Both the position numbers and the translations under genes were made by a program. The notes under the pieces were generated by a model that saw only the letters and a program-made list of their open reading frames with translations, was not told the origin of the DNA and did not search any database. Of a stretch of DNA of 64,000 bases, positions 42,888 through 56,291 are shown one piece after another; within the stretch, counting starts at the first letter, position 1; every line of letters starts with the position of its first letter. Origin of the DNA: Ruditapes philippinarum (Eukaryota); NCBI RefSeq assembly GCF_026571515.1, contig NW_026854566.1, forward strand, positions 310,001 through 374,000. The letters run 5' to 3'.

Positions 42888-44490
42888 TTTTTATGCCCCC
42901 GCCATGTAATGGCCGGGGCATATAGTGTTACCCTGTTCCGTCCTTCCGTCATTCCGTCCTTCCGTCATTCCGTCATTCTGTCATTCCGTCATCATCAGTT
43001 TCCGTTCATTATCTTAGTAACCGTTGCACATATTCATCTCAAATTTGACATATGGATATGTCATGAGAAAATACAGGTCAAGTTCGAATTTGGTCATGGT
43101 TCGATGATTTTTGGCAGAGTTATGCCCCTTTTACTTTGAAAATAATATGAAATTTTCAGTTTCCGTTCATTATCTCCCCAACGGTACAACACATTCAACT
43201 CAAATTTGACATATGGATATGTCATGAGAAAATACAGGTCAAGTTCGAATTTGGTCATGGTTCGATGATTTTTGGCAGAGTTATGCCCCTTTTACTTTGA
43301 AAGTAATATGAAATTTTCAGTTTCCGTTCATTATCTCCCCAACGGTACAACACATTCAACTCAAATTTGACATATGGATATGTCATGAGAAAATACAGGT
43401 CAAGTTCGAATTTGGTCATGGTTCGATGATTTTGGCAGAGTTATGCCCCTTTTACTTTGAAAATAATATGAAATTTTCAGTTTCCGTTCATTATCTCCCC
43501 AACCGTACAACACATTCAACTCAAATATGACATATGGATATGTCATGAGAAAATACTGGTCAAGTTCGAATTTGGTCATGATTCGATGATTTTTGGCAGA
43601 GTTATGCCCCTTTTACTTTGAAAATAATATGAAATTTTCAGTTTCTGTTCATTATCTCCCCAACGGTACAACACATTCAACTCAAATTTGACATATGGAT
43701 ATGTCATGAGAAAATACAGGTCAAGTTTGAATTTGGTCATGGTTCGATGATTTTGGCAGAGTTATGCTCCTTTTACTTTGAAAATAATATGAAATTTTCA
43801 GTTTCTGTTTATTATCTCCCCAACAGTACAACACATTCAACTCAAATTTGACATATGGATATTTTTTTGGAATGCCAAGGTCAAGTTCGAATTTGGTGAT
43901 GGTTCAATAATTTTTGGCAGAGTAATGCCCTTTTCACTTTGAAAAAAATATGAAATTTACAGTTTCTGTTCATTATCTACCCAACAGTGTTACATATTCA
44001 ACTCAAATTTGAAATATGGATATGTCAAATGAATGGGCAGGTCAAGTTGGAATTTGGTCATGGTTCGATGATTTTTTGGCAGAGTTATGTCCCTTTCACT
44101 TTGAAAATAATATAGATACATCTTAGGAATAGGCAGTTTAAGTTTGAATTTGGTCGTGGTTCAATGATTTTGGATAAACTTATCTTTCTTGAATATTGGA
44201 AAAAATTTTGAACATTCAGATTCAGCACTCATACTTTTGTGGAAATGTATGTAGCCATTATTTTGGCTACAAATATGAAATATGCTATTTTCAAAAGGTT
44301 AAGACTGAATAATTTCAGTGCTTTGAACATTGTATGAAAATGGTTTGTGTTAACATTGAAAAGTTTTAAGGGCTTTGAACTTAAAATGAAAAAAATAATT
44401 TGTGCAAACAAATTTGGAACTAAATATAATAACATCTGAAATTTTGGCTGCATGCGGGGGCATCCGTGGCATGATGACACATTTCTAGTT
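42888..44490 (+). mobile_element. Helentron/HINE-like non-autonomous element with ~161-bp internal tandem array (~7 copies)
   Basis: 5' T-run, then subTIR ATGCCCCCGC with a nearby inverted copy and a (TCCG/TCAT) microsatellite. Array of ~161-bp units. 3' GCGGGGGCAT plus an imperfect hairpin and CTAGTT. Confidence 0.85.
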
Positions 44491-44624
44491 AGTAAAAATA
44501 ATTAAACAATAATAATTATATAAATTGTTATTTTAATTAAGACTATGAGTATGTAAGGTTTTTTTTTTTTTATTTATTAATTAAGAATTAATTATCTGTT
44601 AATTTAAAAATCTAAATATCTGTC

Positions 44625-44950
44625 ACGGTTTAGAACTGTTCACTATTTAGGGGAGAAAATGTGTAAGCGGCCAGATAGCTCAATCGCTACAGCCACGGTA
44701 CATTATTCTGTGAGTCACAGGTTTGAGTTCTGGTCAAGCTGAAAGCTTTTCTCATCCTGTTACTGCAAATGTTACCATTAGTTTAATTTACTATGCTCTG
44801 TAAACATCAGAAATTCAAGTACATGAATCAATATAGTGGGGAAAAAGGTTTAGGTTTAGAACTGTTTCATTATTAAAGAGAAAATGTGTAGCCGGCCGGA
44901 TAGCTCAGTTGGTCTTCTGAAAGTCATGGGTTCGAGTCATGGTCAGGCAG
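44625..44950 (+). repeat. Two degenerate tRNA-like SINE heads in a local duplication
   Basis: GGTTTAGAACTGTT..GAGAAAATGTGTA..GGCC.GATAGCTCA..GGTT.GAGT occurs twice. A/B-box-like motifs, but no intact cloverleaf. Confidence 0.5.
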
Positions 44951-45730
44951 TTTCAGTCAGGGTTTAGAAGTGGTTTTTCAACTGACACATGTTTGATTCA
45001 TTAAATAGATTGCATTTAATTTGAAATGGACAAAGGCAGTATTGCGTGATACTTTTAAATCTACAAAAAGCATTTGGTACAGTTGATCACACTATACTGC
45101 ACATGAAGAAGTTCTTTTTTCTTCTTCTTCATGGAACTTCAAGCATCTGCCATATGTAATGACATTCTTGCATGGTTCAAGTCTTATCTCTGATAGCAGC
45201 TGGTGAATGTGGCTGGTACTCTTCTCTCTGAATACCTATGGTGTCCCCCTGATGTTCATTTTAGGTCCTCTTTTATATCTAATATATGTCAATGACATGT
45301 CTGCAACCCTAAGCAATAAGCTTTTATTATATGCACAGGCACAAGTATAAAAAAATAAGAAAAATATACTTAAAGTTAATAGTATATTTTTAAAGGGGGT
45401 CATTATTTACATTTTTTTTTTGTTTTTTGACACTTTTAAGATGAACACAGATTTTTTTATTAATCTGGTCATATTTTTTCTTCCCAGGTGTGATACTTGT
45501 GCCTGTCATTATATGATGATGACTCAGGTATCCTTGTATCTGGTAAAGTAAATCTTAAGATTGGTTTATTGACTATAAATTGTCTTTGCATCTTGGCAAG
45601 ACAGAGTCTATTCTTTTTGGTTTAAGTTTCAACATAAACTGGGCCAAGCCTCCAGGTCACATGAAATGGTACTGCTGTAAAGTACACATCTTTTGTTAAG
45701 TATTTAGGTGCAAACCTGGATCAAATTCTT
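44951..45730 (+). pseudogene. Decayed non-LTR (CR1/L2-like) reverse transcriptase fragment
   Basis: Broken frames give FQSGFRSGFSTDTCL, FEMDKG, LQKAFGTVDHTIL, WFKSYL, GVP..ILGPLLYLIYVNDM, LLY.DDS, LSLHLGKTESILFG and VKYLG. Confidence 0.9.
45334..45507. mobile_element. MITE with 8-bp TSD (hAT-like) inserted in the RT fragment
   Basis: TIR ACAGGCACAAGTAT / ATACTTGTGCCTGT. ATTATATG duplicated at 45326-45333 and 45508-45515. Confidence 0.8.
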
Positions 45731-46140
45731 TTGGCGTCGCCCTTTGATGCTTTGCATCAATGCTTTTCTTGTATATATTGTGATTTCCCATCAATTATTA
45801 GCTCTACTTTTGCAGAAAAATTGGAGCTATTGTTATGACCCACTTGTTGGCATAGCTGTTGGCTTTGGTTGAACTTTTTGGTTAAGTTTTTGTCTGTGAT
45901 CATCAACAATACTAGTAAAGCTTTTACGTTAAGAGTTTTTATAAGAATGCATTTTGATGAGCTCAACCTAGCAGATCCATTTTAGGTCAAAGGTCAAGGT
46001 CATTTTGAAAACATAAAACTAGCCATTAAATTAAAAGGCATTCACTTAAACCTTTTGCATTGCTTAATTTCTGATCCTTTCAAGAATGAAACTACTGATA
46101 AAAATTTAATAAAACAAACACGGCAAAAAAGATTGATTAA

Positions 46141-46629
<489 letters not shown>

Positions 46630-47441
46630 TAACCAGATAGTTATGAGCATATTGGTCCTAAATTGATTAAACATTTTGATTCATTAAAATATTGGCCTTT
46701 TATTGGACTGAAAGTTTATGCCTAGATTATGGTCATTCAGAATTCTTTTAAATAGAATTGTCTCAAATATCATAAAATAAATGAAGAGAAATTAAACACA
46801 TGTCAATAGAATTTAGCAAGAGAAAATTTGAATGATCTCATTTGTTTAATTGGATAAAAATGAAATGACTTGGCTGAAGAAAACAAACAAGGAAAAGTAC
46901 CTCTGTGTGACTTTACATCACAATAAAATTTGCACATGACTTACATGCACGTGTGTTTTAATGATATAACACGGGTATCAAAATTGGGCACTGGCACCAC
47001 ACAAATAGTAACAGATTAAACATTCTTACTTGATGAAAACGGGGACCAGTATTATTTTGTATACAACCATTAAACACAGAACCAGTTATAATTTATCTTT
47101 TTCAAAGTGGGAAACAGTATTAATCTATCTTTATAAAACAGGGAACCAGTATTAAGGTAGATTTCAAAATTATTGTGAATGCAGAAGAGCTTTTTTTTAA
47201 GTAGGCCATTATAAAGGAGCTTATAATTAACAGCAAAATTGTGCTTCAACTTCTCTGCTTGCAATTATATGTAATCAGGCTTTCTTTCTAAAGGAAAACA
47301 TGAATATTTTATGGAACAAGATTTATGATGATTGCAAAAATAATTGTTACAATTACATGTACCTTTAAATCGTGATAAAGCAGATGCTTTAGCTTAGCTA
47401 ATAGGATAACCTTTAAGGTGGAGATTTTGGTGAGGGAGCTG

Positions 47442-47719
47442 CTGAGGTTGAATGTAAGAAGAGAAATTTAGGCCATTTTTGTTTATTTTTGACATGAAAA
47501 AAGAGAGATAATCATTAAAGGGAGATAATATGCATACCTGGGTTGCTTCGTTTGGGCAATGTGAAGTCTTCTGATCTCAGATCACTAAGGTTGAATGTAA
47601 AAGAGAAAATTAGGCCATTTCTGTTCATTTTTGAAAGGGAGATGACTATTAAAGGGAAATAATTTGCATACCAGGTTTGCTTTATTAGGAGCAATGTAAG
47701 ATCTTCTGATCTCATATCA
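47442..47719 (+). repeat. Old two-copy tandem duplication (~140 bp)
   Basis: AGGTTGAATGTAA..GAGAAA..TTAGGCCATTT..ATTAAAGGGA..TGCATACC..TCTTCTGATCTCA occurs twice. Confidence 0.75.
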
Positions 47720-48322
47720 ACAAGTTTTTCTGAGATAATAATGCTGATAATGAAATCTTTTACTTTTATATCAAAAGAATTTTATACAGAAAGGCTGGTA
47801 AATGGTCAGTACTGGTTAAGAATTTGGAAAGCACACTTCATGTTAAAAAAATAATAGATACTAAACCAGTGAAAAAGCAAGATTTAAAAAAAAAAATAAA
47901 AAAATAAAAAAAACCCTCAAAATAGTTATCAAGGTTTGCTAGTGTAGTAATTTTATTTTATTTAGAAATATTTAAGTAGAAATGGGAATATCCTGCTCTT
48001 TTTTTGACAATTTCATAATATGAGTAGGTATATTATAAGTTTTGAACCAGTTAAAAAAAAATTGATAATAATGTGAATTTTCTTTTTAACATTATGTAAT
48101 TTAAGTGTTACCTTTCTTAGTTTAGAAATATATATACCGGTAATTAAATATTCTCCTCTTTTAATGAGAGATACAGGAAATACTTAATGTAGGACATTTG
48201 TTGCACCTTTTGCACTATTGTTTGGGTGGAGTTATTAATATGGATGTTGTTTTCACAAACAAATGATGTTCAGGTATAATTTGAATGATCATTTCTTATG
48301 TCTGAATGTTCATTATTTTCAG

Positions 48323-48793
48323 GACGGTCGTTTACAAGTTAACGATCAACTTTTAGAAGTGAACAGTGCCTCCCTTATACAACATTCAAACACCGAGGCC
48401 ATGGACATATTACGCAATGCTATGCAAGTAGAAGGACCCGTACCTGGATGTATAAACATTAAGGTCGCCCGAAGAATCGGGGCACCTTCGCCCTCCCCGT
48501 TCACCTCCCCGGGCTCTGAAGAGGCGGAATGGGTGAGCGGAGAGAAAGAACTGAATAACAATGATTCAATGGACACAAGTGATCCAATGTTTGGAGACGC
48601 AAATAAAACTCCGGATAAATTTAAAAATGGAGACATACCAAGTAATTTCAAGTCTCCAAACCTGTTTCTGGATCGGATTATGGCAGGGAATGGACTTAGA
48701 AATGAATCTTACACTAGAGCGACTCATGAAAGTTACGCAGAAAGTCCGGAACCTTATCGTAACAAAGGAAATCTCATTGACCTGTCAAAGCAG
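48323..48793 (+). CDS. PARD3: Par-3 coding exon 12 (PDZ3 second half and linker)
   Basis: DGRLQVNDQLLEVN...SNTEAMDILRNAMQVEG...IKVARR...GLRNESY. Acceptor TTTTCAG, donor CAG|GTAAAT, phase 0-0. Confidence 0.96.
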
Positions 48794-49074
48794 GTAAATT
48801 GTTGTTTAGGTTTTTGAAAGATTTTTATTTGTTTTTGTAGTAATTGATAAAAGTATTATTGATGTAATACTAGCATATGCTGGCAGAATGCATCATGTTT
48901 CTTATTAATTTATATGAACAGTGAATGGGATTTCTTATGAGGACAGACTATAGGTGTTTGATAGTCCTTAAATTTTGCCGCCACATTATAACATGCATTA
49001 AAAGGCTACCTGGTTCAGCTGGAAAGCTTCATTGATCTTTTCTGGCATCACAACCAGTAAAATAAAAAAAATAC

Positions 49075-49123
49075 TTTTTTGTGTCGCCTCTACGGAGTAG
49101 TGGCGACATATAGGGATCACTTC

Positions 49124-49154
<31 letters not shown>

Positions 49155-49869
49155 AGCCAACATTTGATTATTATGAGCTTCATTCCGTAGTTAAATAAAG
49201 AACATAAACTCATAAAATTTAAAATTAAGAGCTATTTTTTGTTTTTATGAGCTTATTTTGCTTATGGACGTTGGTCCAGGTGGTGTTTATGAGCTCATTT
49301 GCCTCATAAACATCAAATTTTGGTACGTCTGTCCGTCCGTCCGTCACAAAACTTGTCCGGACTTCTCCTCATAAACTACTGGTGCAATTTCATCCAAACA
49401 TTACAGGAATGATCAGTACCAAGTCTAGTTGTGCATATTGTCAGGATTTTCCGGTTCAATGATTTTTGTCAGAGTTATGGCCCTTTAATAATTTTTAATT
49501 TTAAAGTTTGTCCGGACTACTTCTCTTATACCACTAATGCAATTTCAATGAAACTTTACAGGATTGATCTGTAGCTCAAGTCCTTGCGCATATTGCAAGG
49601 GTTTTCCGGTTGAATGATTTTTGGCCGAGTTATGGCCCTTTGATAAAAAGGTTTCTTTTTCTGTGTGTTGCCAGATACACAAAAGCTTGTCCGGACTACT
49701 CCTCATAAACTACTGGTGCAATTTCATCCAAACTTTACAGGAATTATCAGTACAAAGTGGTTAGTCTAGTTGTGCACTGTCCGTCTGTCTGTCCGTCTGT
49801 CACAAAATTTGTCCCAACATGAAATTGGCCATCATGAGGCGACACATGTGATTACTGATCGCTCTTGTT
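49075..49869 (+). mobile_element. Helentron/HINE-like element with ~2.5 internal repeats of ~155-180 bp
   Basis: T-run, subTIR TGTGTCGCCTC, nearby GGCGACA and a (GTCT/GTCC) microsatellite. 3' GAGGCGACACA ... CTTGTT. Confidence 0.8.
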
Positions 49870-49928
49870 GTTACACAGTGTACTTTCTGATACTAAAATT
49901 TGATTTTGTTAAAATAACATATTTACAG

Positions 49929-50080
49929 CGACCGAGACCACACTCTACCCTCGGTATAGAGCGAAGGCCGTTGTCAAGGTCAAACAGCTCCAGCTCTGAA
50001 GATGCGAACAAGGAACCAGCCTGGATAAAAGGCCCAGACTGGACCCGGCATGCTAGTCAAACCAGCGAAGAAAGTGAACT
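49929..50080 (+). CDS. PARD3: Par-3 coding exon 13
   Basis: RPRPHSTLGIERRPLSRSNSSSSEDANKEPAWIKGPDWTRHASQTSEESE. Acceptor TTTACAG, donor CT|GTAAGC. Phase 0-2 fits both neighbours. Confidence 0.88.
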
Positions 50081-50294
50081 GTAAGCTTTTAAATCAGTCA
50101 AGTATTTCATTCATTGATGTAGTTAAGTGGACCAGAAAATGAAGTACCAGAAAGTTTTTATTGTCTAGAATATAGAGAAATAATTATGTCCCAATTATGT
50201 TTATTTGAAATATGAACAAAGTAGGTCATTGTTTGTTTCAATGTAATTGTATTAAAGATTTGTAAGTTTATATTTCCCTATATGTTATTTTAAG

Positions 50295-50428
50295 GAGTCC
50301 AGGGCCAGATGGTTTTAGCCGAGATGGTTTTGGCAGACAGAGTATGTCTGAGAAACGTAAAGGTCACGGTGATCCACGGAGCAGCGAGATCTATCAGAAA
50401 GTCAGGGGACTGAAAGAACTTAATAAAG
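50295..50428 (+). CDS. PARD3: Par-3 coding exon 14 (CR3 aPKC-binding site)
   Basis: SPGPDGFSRDGFGRQSMSEKRKGHGDPRSSEIYQKV..., the canonical F.R.GFGRQSMSEKR motif. Phase 2-1. Confidence 0.96.
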
Positions 50429-51733
50429 GTATGGTACTTTTGCGTAAAATTTTTATGGCGGCACTGTGGTAAAACTTCAACTCATTGTGTCAGCATGAAA
50501 CTGGTAACATTATAAAGAATGATATTTAACTATTTTATGCTGAGTCAATGATTAAAGTTCATAATGTGCCGACCACATCTAAACAATAATTATTTAAACA
50601 TATTCAATATTATATGCCTTAAAGGTCCTTTCCGTGCATATTCTGATCATTTACTATGAATATGTTTATTAAACCCATGTAATTTATTATTTTTCCCCTA
50701 TATACTTTACTCCTTAAAGGGTCTATATTATGATATCATGCACTAATATAATCATTATATATGTATATGGAAACCACAGAGCAATACTTACTTAATTATA
50801 CAACCATGGGTAACAACTAAAATTGCTGACACTGCTGCCTTTAAAAATGAAATATCTGGGATATAATTTTCTGCATGACATGCATAACTGTAATAGATAT
50901 AAAGCTATATTTGTATATAAAGATAATTCTAATGCTCTAATGCACATTCTTGTCCTTGGTACACATGCACTAAAAATATGCATCAATCAAGTACACTGTT
51001 AACTCCATGTATACGAATGCATAAAATGTATAAAATCCATCCTTGCCTTGTAAAAGGAAAGTAAAAAAATAAAACTTGTCAAAGTGTAGTATAAATGAAT
51101 AGGTTTTCATTTATATCTATGTTTTGGCAGTACTGGTTGGACAAATATGCCAAAAAAAGTTTGAGATAACAATAATTTATCTAAATATATTTTAGATGAT
51201 ATTATCATTGTGCCATGTGGAGGTCTCAATTATCAATTTACTAACAATTAATATACAGGTCAGATTACATAACTTACAGTCTTATCTGGGCCTGTTATAG
51301 GCTATATGGGCCTGAATTGGTGGTTAAGGCCCATAATTATCAATGGATTTAAGTTACTTTAATAGCTCTAAACTGATGGTTAACAAGTTGAAGGAAAAAA
51401 ATCAAGAAAGATATACCAGTGTTATAACTAACTAACTGCCCAAAAACCTGGAAATCCCATTCCCAAAAGACAGCCTTTTACTGTCTCTTGCCGCACCCCC
51501 ACCCCCCCTAAATACACCCCCACCCCCCTAAATACACCCCCATGACAATGATCAGGGATATTAAAGAAGCATTTGGAATAATTTATAGCATGTATGCTTT
51601 ATTGCTGATACAATTGTAAAGGTCAATATGTAACTTAAATTCTCTCTCTTATATGTATATATATACTTGTATATATTATTATTAAATTTATTTAAAGAAT
51701 TACTATGAATATTTTTTGACCATGCATTCACAG

Positions 51734-51778
51734 ACAGTATGATTACATCGGTACAGAGGTCTAAATCATTTCACACAG
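51734..51778 (+). CDS. PARD3: Putative 45-nt Par-3 cassette exon
   Basis: DSMITSVQRSKSFHT. Acceptor TTCACAG, donor CAG|GTAGCT, symmetric phase 1-1. Confidence 0.55.
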
Positions 51779-52761
51779 GTAGCTTGAAATATTTGTCATT
51801 TTCTCAGTGGCAAGAATTATCTAGAAATAGCCGGGTTTTTGTCACGAGAAAATGATCAGATAAAAAATGCCTTTAATTTCAGTTCTGTGCGTTATTAACA
51901 ACAAAATCATTTTTTTGATGGTAGTTAGACAAATATGTGTGTTTTAAGTATAAGAAAGAAATTGGCTGTTTTAAAAGTTTTTTTTTAGTCTTTATGTTCG
52001 ATAAATGCTATTTTGAACAACAACAAAAAAATGACAATGTATTTTCCTGCAACCGTGTTAACTTAACGAACAATTTAATAAAAGCAGTTTTGACCGTCCA
52101 CTAGTTTGAATAGAAAGAACAACAAAAAAATGACGCAAAACTGTGTTAACTTTTAACTGACAACATCATTTTGAGTTAAAATTAAACGTTTTGAGTTTTA
52201 AAAAAAAAACAACAACAAAAAAAACAACAAACAAAAAACACAGCCAGTTTCTGTCCTGTCAAGAAAGTGTTATAATTAACTTGCTTAAAGAATGCTTTAT
52301 AATTTATTTCATTTCACTCATCTTTCTTTATATGACTGCATTGTCATGACTGTGCCTGCATCCATATTTTAGTTTGTACTCCGTATTTATTCCAATAAAC
52401 ACACCCTATCCTTTACAAATCTAGGCTATTGTATTTTTGCTTTAATTATTGTAAACATAATAGATTTAATGGGTATCAAATTTGGGATTTGGGTTAGTGG
52501 CAAATTCTTTAAGTGATGTCATGACTAGATAAATAAATAAAAAATAGATTTTATTCTATCACAATGTAATATAGGGGCTTGTTCATTAATATACGATAAA
52601 AGAAAAAGTTGTTATCAGGAATTTGTCAAATGGTATAGAGGAAGGGTGGTTTTAAAGGAATAAATATGGTATTTGCAGTTACTTTGATCAAACTGAGCAT
52701 GATAGTCTCCCTCTAAAAATAATCATAAAAGAGATTGTTTCTGCAAAATATTTCAAAGTCA

Positions 52762-53005
52762 TCATAATTATTACAATGAATCATCATCATCATCATCATC
52801 ATCATGTCCTTATCGAGGTAATCATTATCCTCCTTTTTATCATCATTATAATTATAATCAACATAATTATCCAAAAACACAATCATTGTTACCAATGTTG
52901 TATGGTTATCATCATCATATATCATTATCATCACCATTTTCATCAATATCATCATCACCATATATCATCATCATCATCATCATTATAATCATCATCATCA
53001 TCACC
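52762..53005 (+). repeat. Imperfect (ATC)n microsatellite
   Basis: Runs of CAT/ATC, which account for the poly-His/Ile/Met ORFs in the track. Confidence 0.9.
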
Positions 53006-53139
53006 AATGCATTATTTAAAAAAAAAACAATGACATCAATATTACTTAATGTTATCATTAACATAATTTTCACCTTTAGAATAGAGAAGCATTTACCATC
53101 ATTTAATTTTATCTGTAAATATCACGTTTGAATCACCAG

Positions 53140-53274
53140 GCTTACAGCGGTCCATCCAGCAAAGTGGAAGTTACGGTCGACTGGTACGAGCCGGCTCCGC
53201 GGACTCTCTGCTCAGTCGCTCAAACAGCAACATAAATAGTCCCCGAGCTCTTGTGCATGAAAAATATGGCTTGT
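53140..53274 (+). CDS. PARD3: Par-3 exon (phase 1-1)
   Basis: GLQRSIQQSGSYGRLVRAGSADSLLSRSNSNINSPRALVHEKYGL. GC/CpG-rich island in AT-rich intron. Acceptor CACCAG, donor T|GTATGT, 135 nt. Confidence 0.75.
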
Positions 53275-54531
53275 GTATGTATGAAGGCTTGAACCCCAAA
53301 ACCTTGTTGTTGTCGTAGTAACTGGTTGATGTCATAACTGTAGTAACAAACTTTAATGCATGCATGGTTTTAGATTTTTTTATATGTTACGAGATAAAAT
53401 GCATTGGTCAAAAGATTTTTAAAGTATACATGCATACTTTTATGGCATAGTTTTTCAATAATCTTTGAATGAGGATTATAAATATTTTTATTTTTTAATA
53501 TAGCTTTATGTTCTATTGATATGTTCATAAAGAGGACATTTGAGGAAACTATTTTCTTCCTACAAAGTGTTATAAAACGTTTTAATTAAAGAATTATGAC
53601 CAGTGCATTTTGTAGACAGTATTTCCTTGTTGTTTTAACATTTCAGTTATAAAATGGGGTAAAGTTTACTTTAATTATTTATCTTAGTTTTTATCTTAGT
53701 GATATAATATGTTAAATGTTGTCATTTTTATATCATTTTTGCCATTTTAACTTCCTTGATTTTCACATTCATGATCTCATATTCTACCATAGAAAATATC
53801 ACAAAATATTTGATTTAATAAATCAGTATGTTATGGATTTTCCATGCAAGTCGAGGCTTAATTCTGCTTTAGAAAACTAAAAGTAAAGAATAGAAAGGGG
53901 CGATTGGTGATAGGTTCAGATTTTGTGCTGTAGGTTATTGGTTCAGATGAGAAATTTAGTAAACTACCCTGAGCAAGATATGTTAAAGATATGCAAATAA
54001 AATTTTGAAACCACCTTTAAAGCTGAATTTATTCACTTTTAACCCTTTTTCCTTAATTGCTAGAACTGTTGTAATGATTAAAGGGATATTATAGGACTTG
54101 ACCCAATTATTCCTGGGTTTTAAGTCGGGTTACAGGCCTCTCAGTCAGGATATGATTGAAATACAAAATGTTGTGATAAATTAAGCTTAAATTTTTCAAA
54201 GCAAAACAGCCTGATTCATGTTAAAATGCCTCAGACAGACTCTAAAAAGCCTAAAGAAATCAACGTATGATCGTCTTAGTGCAATAATGGGTGAACTCCT
54301 ATAAAGTCATAATAGGGATTACCCAGTTACTGCATTAAAGTGATGATTTAAGTCAACTGCAGCAGGGATATAGTGGTCCTTCAGACTTCCTTTTTTAGAC
54401 ATCTAGATAGTAAATTGTATTACAATTAAATATGCATATAATTATGTTGGTGTTATAAAGCTTAATATGTCAGCATGTACGTGACATCATTGATGGTGAA
54501 GGGATTTAGTTAGAACTTGACTCATATCATC

Positions 54532-55828
54532 TTTATACCCCCGCACAACAAAGTTGTAAGGGGGGTATACTGGAATCAGATTGTCTGTCTGGCCGTCCGG
54601 CGTCCGTCGCTTTTTTCTTGTCCGCCCAATAACTAAAGATTCCTTTGACCCACAGTCTTCATATTTGGCATGGAGGTTAGTCGTGATTAGTAGATGACCC
54701 CTATTGATTTTGAGGTCACCAGGTCAAAGGTCAAGGTCACAGGGGCCTTGACTTCAAAAATCTTGTCCGCCCAGTAACTTAAGATTCCTTTGACCCACAG
54801 TCTTCATATTTGGCATGGAGGTTAGTCATGATAAGTAGATGACCCCTATTGATTTTGAGGTCAAAGGTCAAGGTCACAGGTGCCTTGACTTCAAAAAATT
54901 TGTCCGCCCAATAACTTAAGATTCCTTTGACCCACAGTCTTCATATTTGACATGGAGGTTAGTCATGATAAGTAGATGACCCCTATCAATTTTGAGGTCA
55001 CCAGGTCAAAGGTCAAGGTCACAGGGGCCTTGACATCAAAAGCTTGTCCGCCCAATAACTTAAGATTCCTATGACCCACAGTCTTCATATTTGGCATGGA
55101 GGTTAGTCGTGATAAGTAGATGACCCCTATCGATTTTGAGGTCACGGGGTCAAAGGTCAAGGTCACAGGGGCCTTGACTTCAAAAAGCTTGTCCGCCCAA
55201 TAACTAAAGATTCCTATGACCAACAGTCTTCATATTTGGCATGGAGGTTAGTCGTGATTAATAGATGACCCCTATCGATTTTGAGGTCACCAGGCCAAAG
55301 GCCAAGGCCACAGGGGCCTTGACTTCAAAAAGCTTGTCCGCCCAATAACTTAAGATTCCTTTGACCCACAGTCTTCATATTTGGCATGGAGGTTAGTCAT
55401 GATTAGAAGATGACCCCTATTGATTTTGAGGTCAAAGGTCAAGGTCACAGGGGCCTTGACTTCAAAAAGCTTGTCCGCCCAATAACTTAAGGTTTCTATG
55501 ACCCACAGTCTTCATATTTGGCATGGAGGTTAGTCTTGATTAGTAAATGATCCGTATTGATTTTGAGGTCACTGGGTCAAAGGTCAAGGTCACAGGGACC
55601 TTGTCAAAATAAAGCTTTTCCCCTCAATTGCTTCAGAATGCCTGTCCAGAATGATTTGATTTTGACATTTTCACATTTGAAGCATGTAGAATACATAACT
55701 TAGCAATGCACTGGCTAAGTAACCTCAGATTTGGCAGGGAGGTTGTCCTTGAGTTCTAAATGGCCACTGTTGATTCTGACAAAGTGGAATGCGGGGGTAT
55801 TCACGCCATGATAGTGGCAGTTCTAGTT
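54532..55828 (+). mobile_element. Helentron/HINE-like element with ~137-145 bp tandem array (~7 copies)
   Basis: SubTIR ATACCCCCGC, nearby GGGGGTAT and a (GTCT/GTCC) tract. Internal array. 3' GCGGGGGTAT plus GCCA..TGGC hairpin and CTAGTT. Confidence 0.85.
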
Positions 55829-56291
55829 TATATCATTTATAAATAGATCTACGATATAATATGTTGTTATTTGAATTGTCATATATTTACATAGCAAACA
55901 CATTTTCTATGAACACCATGATAATCTTGTATAGATCTACCTTAATATACCATTACAACAATTGAACTTCTATTATATTGCTTAAATGTAAAATTGTAAA
56001 ACTTAACTAGATAGTTAAAAATGTTTCAGTTCTTAATCATATCATATGTTACAAGTTATAGAATTTTGAGTTTAAAACATATTCTCCCTGTCATTGTGAT
56101 GCCATTTTGAGTGAAAACTCAAAATTTTGAATACAAAGTAATCAAGGTTGTCATACACACTTATTTTTTAATAATATTTTTGTAGGCACTTTGTTCTCAT
56201 ATTGTGAAACATTGATGTTTTTTTTCTCATGTAACTTAGCACATTTAAATTTGAAATAGACACATTTTGTTTATATTAATACTACATTTAA

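Noticed and set aside
44890-44950. tRNA gene
   Set aside because: A/B-box-like motifs only, with no complete cloverleaf. Treated as a decayed SINE head, like those at 74 and 24440.
52713-53131. Poly-His/Ile/Met/Asp ORFs
   Set aside because: These are translations of an (ATC)n microsatellite.
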